A stretch of 62,349 nucleotides of DNA, counting the filler, from Hausera hauseri (lineage: Eukaryota), in NCBI GenBank assembly GCA_046269625.1. It is 11 parts of 11 records of this genome, joined end to end, with 100 filler letters (N's around TTAATTAATTAA, not from the genome) between each part and the next. Parts side by side here need not be neighbours in the genome. Positions count along the whole stretch, not along the records: positions 24,290 to 28,872 come from JBJURY010518570.1; positions 28,973 to 33,655 come from JBJURY010476798.1; positions 33,756 to 39,724 come from JBJURY010160310.1; 8 more parts are not named here. The stretch is one strand, 5' to 3'. The position numbers and the translations under genes are program-made. The first letter of the stretch is position 1; each line of letters begins with the position of its first letter. A model generated the notes under the pieces. It was given only the letters and a program-made list of their open reading frames with translations, did no database searches and was not told the origin of the DNA. This document shows positions 24,701 through 34,606 of this stretch, piece by piece.

Positions 24701-25394
24701 CTATTTAAAACAATGTCCTCAATCTTTTAGAATATGTGTTTTGACTCACCACCTGACAGTGAGGACCACTCTCAGGTCTACATTATCCATGTAAACTTTG
24801 TAAAGGATTAGGCAGCATGATTAAATGTAACCACTGCCTGCTATACACTAATCTGCAAATTCGTCCATTTCATAACTATGCTTGTTCACTGCATCTTAAA
24901 TAAAATTCTTGTAATTCAATTCAATTAAGACTATGTATACAACTCCAAGTCATCACAGAGACCATTAGCACTGCACAAAAACGTCTACATGCACCTTTGT
25001 TCACAAAGCACAACCTCATTAACTCATAATGTTCTTAACTCTGTTCTCCTTATGCACTCATAGGACCTGTGTGAAATCTCAAGATGTTTAAAGTCATTTC
25101 ATTTACCAACTAGAATTGTTGTTTTCACCTAAATAACCCAGTTCAGGTAGCTCTTAGAACGAAACAGCTCATAAACTCTAAACAACCTTTGCACTATGTG
25201 ATAAACTCCTTTTGACTGATTAATTTAACCCAAGCATTTCTGTTTCTTTTTAAAAAAATATTAATTAAATTTAAAGACTAAGTTCCTATTCAAGTTTAAG
25301 AAGAAATTTTGGTTAATCTGTTTACAATGTGTCATCTAGAAATGCTTGCATTTAATTTGACCTGTTTATTATTGTTCACTCCTAATCTACAGTC

Positions 25395-25690
25395 AGCTTT
25401 TTCCGTTGCAGGAGTCGCCACAGGGTGTCACCCCTCTCCACCTCACTCTGTCCTCTGCATCCTCTGTCCTCACTCCAACTATCTCCACATCCTCTCTAAC
25501 GTCATCCAGCACTACCTCTTCGGCCTGTGTTCTAAATCACTATGGAAACTTTCCTCCATCCACTTCATCCTGCCTGGTCTGTCGTTTTTCCCCTCTTACC
25601 CACACTTCTTATTTTTCTGGACAGTGGACCCCCATTACTTGAAGTCCTCCACCTCTAATTCACTCCTTCTGACTCCATGTCTCCTATAAA
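25395..25690 (-). mobile_element. RTE/Expander-type LINE 3' fragment (fish-like)
   Basis: Minus strand EVEDFK..GSTVQ and VREDVEIVGVRTEDAEDRVRWRGVTPCGDS, a typical RTE C-terminus. Confidence 0.65.
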
Positions 25691-26963
25691 TTCAGCTACT
25701 TAGTGCTCCTACACAGGACGTCCCTCTCTGGCCCTCTGGCCTTGAGTTTCAAACCTCTGTTGTAGAGCAACTGTTCCAGAGGTCACTGCCTCCTCGTTTA
25801 CCTCTGACACTGATTTGAACAGACAATTGTTTTTCGTCCTTACTGTTTTATCTTCATCCTGTTTAAACTGCAGCTGTCGGAGGCCAGACATAAACAACTG
25901 AATCTTCCTATTGTCTAAGTCCGGTGCCTCTTTATCCTTCTGCTTTTAAATCAAACCAACCTTTACCGCCTACTTCAGCACAAAAAAGCTTTCCTCCACT
26001 CTCTTCCGGCGATTTAAAATTATTCCTGCTGGTTTGTTGTTGTCTAATTTAAGTTCCTGTGTTTGTTTTGATCTTTCACCTTGTCTCAAATTAAGTAATG
26101 AATTAAAACTAACTCCCTCTTTTAGATCTATCCTGTAGACTGTTGTCCACAGGAGTCACATGTTACTCATTCATGAGCCCCCTATCGGTTGATGTTCATC
26201 CACGCACACACGAACACAGCAAAAACATCCACCCCCACTCACACACACACCAACCCTGCCAGAGGCCCGCACACACACAAACCGAAACGCACACACGCAG
26301 TCACACACACAAAAAACACAAACCACGGCAAAACAAATTCTAAAGTTAAACCCTACAACTAAAATGGTCCCAGACCATACAAAATTTGGCGCAAAACCTA
26401 GCTACGTCCCAGACGTTTGCATTTCCCTTTAATTAAACTAAGAATTCCGTCAATGCTGAGTGCCGCAATCCTCCCACAGGATGACGTGTGCCTGAGCTCT
26501 CTGATCCCAGATCAGATTACGTCCCCCTCGTCAGGGAGACGGTTTCTCGCCAGTGCGCAGCAAGGGAAATGCAATCACGTCGTCCCTGACTGACGTCTTA
26601 CGGGTCCAACCCGAGTAACTAACTAAAAGCACCACGTGCACTAGACGTAAAGCCGTGTAAAACAGGCGCACACACACGCACGGAGCGTGCGGCGGGCGCG
26701 CAGACGGTCTGTATAAACGTAACCCCCGCGACAGATACGTCACTAATTACTGTATTAACTTAAATAACCACCTTTATTTCCGGAGATGGTCAGAATGCAC
26801 ACGTAGACGCTAACAAATTTGGTTTAAGGCCAAAAAGCTGAGAATTTCGGACCTCTAGAGGCCTTCCAGGTATCCAGCTTACCTTGATTTTTCTGTAGGG
26901 CCCTTCCGTCTGCGTGTGAACACCAACCACTCGTTCCAATCAGCCAACAGTGCGTCTCGCTGC

Positions 26964-26980
26964 ACGATTCGGGGTCACCA
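26964..26980 (-). promoter_or_regulatory. Primer-binding site complementary to tRNA-Trp
   Basis: TGGTGACCCCGA directly after the LTR-terminal CA; tRNA-Trp ends ...TCGGGGTCACCA. Confidence 0.7.
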
Positions 26981-27536
26981 TGTTGAAGTGGCAAGCACTG
27001 GATCGTGTTCAAAGACAGCTGAGACGATCACCTTAGTTTAAAAGATTTATTGGACACAGGGGTTACAAGTATACAGAGTTAAGCAATCAAAATGAACATT
27101 TGTATGCATACAGGAGCATTTTACAAACCGACCTGATCAGATGAGTTCTGCCAACCAATGCTCACAGAACCTTCTGGTTCTGGAGTTTTATCACTGTTTT
27201 TAGGATTCTAGCGTGCTGATTGGTTAAGAAGTTAGGTTGCCATGGAGACGGTGCCTCTCTGCCCGTCAAGGCCATAAAATGTCTACATTCCATAGATAAC
27301 GAAGTTTTATGACTTTCCTGAGATCAGTTCATTGTGTGTTTTAAGTTAAGTATTTATTCTGCCTTATTGTGTTAATTCTGTTATAAGAATAATTAATCTC
27401 TGTTAATTATTATTAGCTATGTTAAGTTTAAGTGTTGTTAATTGATAAATCCTCACTGTTATACTTGTTTAGAAGTTCAGTTTAGTTACCCTGCCCCCAT
27501 TGCAGCTGTGGTGTAGCCGAGGCCTGCTTTGTTACA
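26981..27536 (-). mobile_element. Putative 5' LTR of an ERV/LTR element
   Basis: TGTAAC...TTCAACA ends on the minus strand, AATAAA near 27046-27051, immediately followed by a PBS; no intact gag downstream. Confidence 0.6.
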
Positions 27537-28171
27537 CACATGAGTTTTCTTTGAGGAACCAAGAATGTGATTCTGTGTTCCTAATCTATGGTTTAGTCTG
27601 ATATTTATTAATGTAACTTTATTCTCTTGTAATCTACTGTTAGATTGAATATTTCTAATGTATTAGTGTGAAAATTAAAACCTGTGTCAGCTCATCTAAA
27701 ATGAAGCCTGCTTCACACAGTGATTAAATAGATTAAATGTTAATTATTATTAACATAATGACCTGAGAGTTTTATTTTACCTGTAACGAAAGGAATACTC
27801 TTCTCTCATGAGTAGTCAGTATCTTACCTGTCTCCTGGCTTCTTTGTTTAGCTTGTACTTATATCAGAATGTGAATTAAAAATTAGACTAACTACTTGTG
27901 TGATTATATATAAAGTAGATTAATATGTTAAATGATTTTAGGCCTCTAATTATAGTGAAACCCTTTTAAGAAAGACAAGTACACACATTTTATCTCATGA
28001 CATTTCAGTCTGGATAGAAAATAATATAAGATAAAGACATGAAATTCAACAAAGGCTATCTGCAATTCTGACACATTAAAGGCTGTTTTTATATTTTCAA
28101 ACAAGCCAACTGTGGAAACTAAACTTGCTTTAAACTTGTCGTCCTGTCGGATTTCTCTGTTCAAATGTGTT

Positions 28172-28751
28172 TGTGACAAACTGAGCAGCAAAGACTTGAC
28201 ATAAATAAAAGCAGCACAGAGCTTTTCAAAGTCAAACAAAATAATTCAGTTAATGGACCAACCGGCAACATCTCATTCTCCACCCTCAAACATCAAGGTT
28301 CAAAGAGGCATGTACCGCCAGTCCAAGTCGCTGCCCAGCAGCTGATGTAATATAGAAACAGCGTAACCATATACAGGCAAAACAAGACAGCAAGGCATCC
28401 AAAGCGCTGCTTTAAATGCAGCGCGCAGGCAATCACGTGCCCAGAAATGAGAACGCAACCCTCTGGGGGAGGAGCGGACCAGCAGAGGATCTGACAACAA
28501 GGGGAAGCCATGCACTGCAACACCAGCCAGCAACACCAGCAGAGCAATAAAAGATTGCAGTAGAATGGATCAAGAACGCCAGCCAGCCAAACAGCTGACG
28601 TGCCGCCAAAACAACAACACACACACACAGTGACGCTACCCGCCCAGCTATAAAGGCACCAGCCCCGCCCATCAATCACCGGCGCGCACCTGATTATACT
28701 GACAAAAAGAGGGGACGGGTCAAACACCATCTTGCCACATTCTACCCCTCT
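28172..28751 (-). mobile_element. Putative 3' LTR with polypurine tract
   Basis: Minus strand AGAGGGGTAGAA then TGTGGCAA (28739) ... TTGTCACA (28172), near-perfect inverted ends. Confidence 0.45.
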
Positions 28752-29628
28752 GTGTTACATTGTCGCCCCGACGATGAACCTGTAGACCTTAACACCAAGA
28801 ATGAAAGCAGACAAACTGAGCATTGAAAACTAGCTGACCAGAACTTGTGGCCTGACCCACAGGTCAAGGCAGNNNNNNNNNNNNNNNNNNNNNNNNNNNN
28901 NNNNNNNNNNNNNNNNTTAATTAATTAANNNNNNNNNNNNNNNNNNNNNNNNNNNNNNNNNNNNNNNNNNNNGATTTCACAAACTGTGTCGCCAAAATAA
29001 AAGTCGTATACCAAAAAACTAATATATATTTGTTTATGCAAATATATAAACAGAGTGGTAAAATGAATCTATAGACGCTAATCACAGATATACCTAAATA
29101 AACTTAATTAAGGTTACTATATTACATTCTTCTTGCAGAGCTGTATCTTACTATCGAGTTTACGTCTAAGAAGGAACTCCAATGACGATGTGAATATCTA
29201 TGGACGGATAAATTTTATCTTCACCAAATAGATCTCCAAGTAGCATCAATATGGACCATAGAATAATGTGGTGGAATTACTTTAAAAGTAAAGGTTGGTT
29301 TAATCAAGCTTCCTGGGTTGGATTCTCTGACTTGATTTTATGGTGTATCCCAATGGACAATGGTTTAGTGATATACTCCAATAAACGACTTTAGTTGGAT
29401 TGGAATAAGAGGTATTCGTTCTTTAATTTACTATATCTGTACAATGTGATATACTGGAGTGATCTTACACTATGGAATGGAGTAATAAGGAGAAACTCTA
29501 GGATAGAATGGTGAAAAGAAATTTCTATGAGAGAAATATTTGATTTGGAAATTATGTATGAAGATGTATAAATAGTGTGGAATTGCTAATTGTTATTTAT
29601 TCCTTGGTTTTTATCGACAATACCAGAT

Positions 29629-29718
29629 ATATTAGAATTAGCTCCACAATATTATTACATAGTAGAATTAGCTCCACAATATTATTACATATTAGAATTA
29701 GTTTCACAATATTATTAC
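29629..29718. repeat. 30-bp tandem repeat x3
   Basis: ATATTAGAATTAGCTCCACAATATTATTAC repeated three times with few mismatches. Confidence 0.95.
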
Positions 29719-30048
29719 GAACGGTTTTGCCTGACAACATTAAAGTGTATAAACCATTTCCTTTGTATAAGAGATTAAGAAAGATAATAATGATAGATTA
29801 TATTATACTATAGGGTTAGTCGAAAGTTTCCATAATAATAGAAAATAACTTAGGCAGGGAAGAGCAGAGGTAAAAAGGGGCGCTGGATCTTAGGATAGGT
29901 CAGACCGCCCTAAGAACTCATGACTTCAGAATACCAAAGGTTAGAATGACACAAGCAAATACCCTGAAGGTTTGGTCGAAATAGATATGACTATTTATAT
30001 GTTGGTATACATTAATATTGGATACTAACACTAACATAAAGAACCCAA

Positions 30049-30477
30049 ATGGATCCAGTGGACTTTTATCGAAAAGTGACCGAAGCTATAACTGACAAGA
30101 TTGTAATTGGAGCCGACGTAATTGAAATAGTTATAAACCATTTCAAATGTACAATCCGGCGGATAACTGGAGTTCGTGATATTTTATATCACGAGGATAT
30201 TATCCGTCGGTATCAATTATCAACCAATAACTATAAAGAGCTAGCTCGGAAGTTTTATGACACAAAGGGCTTCCCTCTGCGAAGCACTGCCCTAGCTCAG
30301 TGTTATCAATCGATTTACAAGCAATTAAAATGGACAGACGAATACATTACTCAGGGTTCGGCCTCCGATACGGTGCGAACAACACCAACGGCGTCGCAGT
30401 GTGCAAGAAAGCGAAAAGTCCAGCTGGATGAAACAGACATATTGGACGATGAAATCTATCAGCCCGAGGCAATTTGA
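30049..30477 (+). CDS. Hypothetical 142-aa protein, possibly a retroelement 3' accessory ORF
   Basis: ATG-initiated intronless ORF in AT-rich DNA, basic RKRK motif and acidic tail; no family recognised. Confidence 0.4.
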   Translation: MDPVDFYRKVTEAITDKIVIGADVIEIVINHFKCTIRRITGVRDILYHEDIIRRYQLSTNNYKELARKFYDTKGFPLRSTALAQCYQSIYKQLKWTDEYITQGSASDTVRTTPTASQCARKRKVQLDETDILDDEIYQPEAI

Positions 30478-31246
30478 TATAAATCAAGAACCTCGGGCAA
30501 ATACATACACATGCCTTTAATGTTCGACCAATGATAAATTAGGGGCAATTTCTTGAAACCCCGTCGATTTGTGCAAACTATGGACTATTATGGACTGTGT
30601 GCAAATTGAATGACATAACTTCTATAAATAAGTGTATTTACTGATGTTCTATACTGATCATGTATTCGACGTTAATTTTTATATCATATGCATGATTATG
30701 TGTTAATTGAAATGGAATTTTCCATGGTCAAACGTCATTTTACTTATCTACAGTGGAATTTTTATGAAATCTTTGACCACAAAAATTGCTATATAAAGGC
30801 TGATTTTTCGTGCACTCACTAGAAATAAAATTGACTTGAAAAGACTTTGATACCTTGTATTATGACTTCATGTGAGTACTATTCTTTTGAGTTTGACTGC
30901 TAATTTGTTATTTTTGTACAGTTGTTAGTGAATATACATATGCATCAGAAGGGTCATCGTTGTGTTTTACTCAATAAACAAAGTAATTAAATAACACCAT
31001 AAGCAATTCGGATAATTTTGTCGTCCAGGTCAAAACTACCTGACGACGGCCAAGTAATTGTCAGTAAATAGGATAGTAACCAATAGGTGAGTAACCGGAA
31101 TTAATTCAACTACTCTCCTTGAAACACATTACCGACTAAAAGTTAGGTAAGACACGCCACATACCACGTCCTCGAATTAAGTGTAATTGTTCTTCTGATT
31201 AATTGGTAAAGTTACGAAATTAAACGTTGTTTAATTAGTGAGAACT

Positions 31247-32011
31247 GAACGGTACAATCATTTCGCAATCTCAAGGAACTTTTTAGCAAAGAAATAACCA
31301 TCTAAACCGATATTGAAAGGTAGTTAAAGAAGTTCAAATCTGGCGATACAAACCTCGAAAATCATGGAAAAAGTTGAATATCAAATTTTGACGACCAGAC
31401 ACTTCTGGCAGCCGTGGAAGAGGATGAAAGCTTGAGAACGAAAATTTTAACCGAAGACTTCCATGTGGACCATTCGATCATCGTTCCTCGACTCAAAAAG
31501 CTCAGAAAAGTATGGAAATTGGTTGGATGGGTACCGCACTAATTCTCCGACAAAAACTAAGTCGAACGTGTCCGAATTTTCACTGATTTTCTGCAGCGAA
31601 ACGAGCAAACTCCGTTCCTGAAGAATCTAATCACTGGCAGTGAATCGTGGCTTCTGTTCAAGAACGTCGAAAGAAAGAAGGTTTGCGTCAAATCCATTGC
31701 CAATAAAGGCTCAGAACTGCTTCCACATCCGCGATATTCTCCAACAGAAGTGCCTATTGACTATCACGTCAATCGATCGCGGAAAAATGTGCTTGCGAAC
31801 AAAGTTTACGACGACTTGGATGGCTTGATGGCCGCTGTCAAACACTGGATTGCCTCTAAAAACAGCCCGTGAAATCAACTGCAAATGGAAAGCAGTAATT
31901 GAAGTGGATGGAGAATATGCTCAGGAATAATCATTTAAAGATGATTTTGTTACATGTTGTTATTGTTTTTCNNNNNNNNNNAATCGCTATTACTTTGTCG
32001 CCAACCTATTA
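31247..32011 (+). mobile_element. Mariner transposon remnant (5' truncated, internally deleted) with right TIR
   Basis: KKFKSGDTNLE, GWVPH, LITGSESW, HPRYSPTEVPIDYH, WKAVIEVDGEY. The right end reads TAATAGGTTGGCGACAAAGTAATAGCGATT on the minus strand, similar to cecropia/Hsmar1-type TIRs. Confidence 0.88.
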
Positions 32012-32286
32012 TTTAGTACTCAATTACCATTCGATATAAACAAATCAATGAAAGAGTATGTACACTGTACCCTAATTGCACCCTAATGTACAGTGTAACC
32101 TAATTAGAGGCGTAAAGATTACAAATGGTCGAGTAAATTAGGTCAATGCAAATTTATTTCCGGGTTCCGTAAATTTGACAAATGACATTAGCAATCATCC
32201 CATGTGCCCCTTCCCAAAACCAAAAAAATAGTTTACTCTATATTTTCGTAACTTGCGAATAATAATTTACCCTTCACAAAGATTAC

Positions 32287-32805
32287 CTGGAAAAGTAAAC
32301 GCAAAATGACACGATACTGCACCTATAATCGATATCGCATTGCTAATATTCGGAATTATCGCAGCCATAACAACAATAACGGTAAAGATCAACAATGTTT
32401 GAATAGTCCTTGCTACCATTTCTTTATCCAGAAACTCGCGAACTTTTTCGTTTCGTATTGAACCAAGCGATTTCGAGTAGAATGAACCAAAAATCGATCT
32501 ACCAAACAAATTAATAAATCCAATAAATCGAATGGTATTTACCGGTCAACGAAGAAAAGTACGGGAAACGTTGTAAAGAGTTTTAAACAAACAATGATAC
32601 TGGCAATATTGGCGAACCAATTGTCTGCGGTGTAATTGAGAAGGAAATCAACGTGCGTGTCTTTAGCGAATGTTAGATAGCCGAATATTGCGGTGATGAG
32701 ATATGAAACAGTAGCTATGGCTAAATAGCTGTATACGGTAAACATGAAATGCTTTAGTTTCTTTTTTTTCAATCCAGCAAACACTAGAGGTGCTTCTATG
32801 TGACC
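32287..32805 (-). CDS. Two internal exons (32543-32805, 32287-32498) of an SLC38/AAAP amino-acid transporter, SLC38A7/8-like; partial
   Basis: GHIEAPLVF..AIFGYLTF..DFLLNY..TTFPVLFFVDR / RTIQTL..IPNISNAISIIG..FAFTFPG; in-phase 44-nt GT-AG intron at 32499-32542. Confidence 0.85.
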
Positions 32806-33098
32806 CTAAAATAGAAAATGCTTTTTAATAATTTTAGTGGCATTATCTGTAACATATACAGAGTATTCGACAAGTCCCGAGTAATTTTAGATATTTTTTG
32901 ATAAATTTCTATGCATTTTCCTTGTTTAAATATATTATTTAAATCAATTTTAATACAATTTTAATTATTTGACTTTCATTACTCTTGTTCATAATTTTCT
33001 CATTACACAAGACACCAATTTTACAACAATTCATGGTGTCCACTTATCTCTAAACATATTCATAAACATAACCTTAATCTAACTATAAAAACAGTAGC

Positions 33099-33200
33099 TT
33101 AACCCTTTAAGTACGGGTCACATCAATAAGCGTTTTAGCCTAACTTCCACGACAGCCGGGTACCATCAATAAGCGTTTACGGATATATTTTAACAAAACT
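33099..33200 (+). mobile_element. Possible piggyBac-type left end
   Basis: TTAA-CCCTTT terminus and a duplicated subterminal CATCAATAAGCGTTT; other end not in the contig. Confidence 0.35.
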
Positions 33201-33888
33201 ATACGAATAACATCCATTGACGCTGCAACTGCAGTTACAATGAATCAGCATTATTTATATATTATTTTTCATTGAAATTTTACTGATTTGTTTTGTTATT
33301 ATTATTATTATTATCATCATAATTATTGTTCATATTATTATTTATAGTAGTAGTTTTACTACTACTATAGTATCTAGTACCTAGTATAACTGACTGAAAT
33401 GACTGAAAAATAAAAGGACAATCTATTGTGTTAATCCCTTTATGACTGAAAAATAAAAGGACAATCTATGTGCAATCCTTAGTGTTAATCCCCTTCTAAG
33501 TTATTTGTATCTACAGTGACAATCCTTTTATGTGTTTATTCTGACATTACATTATTATTATTGATTGTGTAAATTTTATGTATTTTGTTGATTTTTGGGA
33601 TTGCGTATTGTCAATTATGTCATGTAACATAGTATAAATACTGTAGTAATTCTGANNNNNNNNNNNNNNNNNNNNNNNNNNNNNNNNNNNNNNNNNNNNT
33701 TAATTAATTAANNNNNNNNNNNNNNNNNNNNNNNNNNNNNNNNNNNNNNNNNNNNCTGAGGACATTTCTGGATTCTGATTTTCTAACTGAGGGTTTTCGT
33801 CTGATTCGGAGCTACTCCGTGCCGAGTCAGTAATTGAATTTACGTTAGTAGCGTGTCTTCTTCGCAAAGAGTACGACGCCAGTGTGCC

Positions 33889-33906
33889 TCCTCACTCGGG
33901 GCACCA
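33889..33906 (-). promoter_or_regulatory. Primer-binding site, tRNA-Met (elongator type)
   Basis: TGGTGCCCCGAGTGAGGA, complementary to a tRNA-Met-like 3' end TCCTCAC[A/T]CGGGGCACCA. Confidence 0.8.
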
Positions 33907-33907
33907 G

Positions 33908-34149
33908 TGTTAAGTTTATGGGTTATGAAAGAAGCTTGGATTTCACACCCTAAGCTTAAACTCTACTTATTATCGATATAGTCTAGGGTTTCTCCTTCCC
34001 ACTAGACTTGGTTTCTTTTATTTATTCTTAAAAGCAGCCTGTGGGGTCTGCTTGGATTAATTGCCCTTATGGTGGGTTCGGTCAGGAGGTACACTGGCCG
34101 AATAATTCCCTCTACTTATAATAATTTTATAAACTTCCCGACAATTACA
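33908..34149 (-). mobile_element. Putative LTR (~242 bp) of the contig-7 element
   Basis: TGTAA...TTAACA ends, TATA-like TATATAAG and AATAAA inside, PBS 1 nt downstream. The upstream boundary is uncertain because there is no canonical PPT. Confidence 0.65.
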
Positions 34150-34606
34150 GGTCAGGAAAAAAATGCGGGTTAAAAGTTTTGTATATTAAATTTTTCCTTA
34201 ATATTATTTCTAATACAAGTATATTACAAAAGAAATTGAATATCAAAATATTTAATTGATGAGTAAAGTATTTAAAATGATACAAATCAACAATAATCAA
34301 AACAGAAAAACTACGTTATCAAATAAACATAAAACCTTAAAAAGAAACTCACATGAATCGTATTGCATGATAGTAGTCTTTGCTATTGAGAAATAGAGAA
34401 AAATACACCAGTATATATAGGGCGATAAAAGATCAAGGTACGCCCAAAAATTCGGTCAGAATAATAAAAATTCCAGGCAAAATTAAGTGAATTAAAAATA
34501 TATGATCAACAAAAACAAATGAATTAAAATTATGTGATCACACAGGTCAATATCATATGTTATTGTCAATTGGATTATATGTGAGTTGTTTTTGTCAGTC
34601 AAGCTG

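Noticed and set aside
33889-33906. tRNA gene
   Set aside because: Only the 3'-terminal 18 nt including CCA are present, next to an LTR end; it is a PBS.
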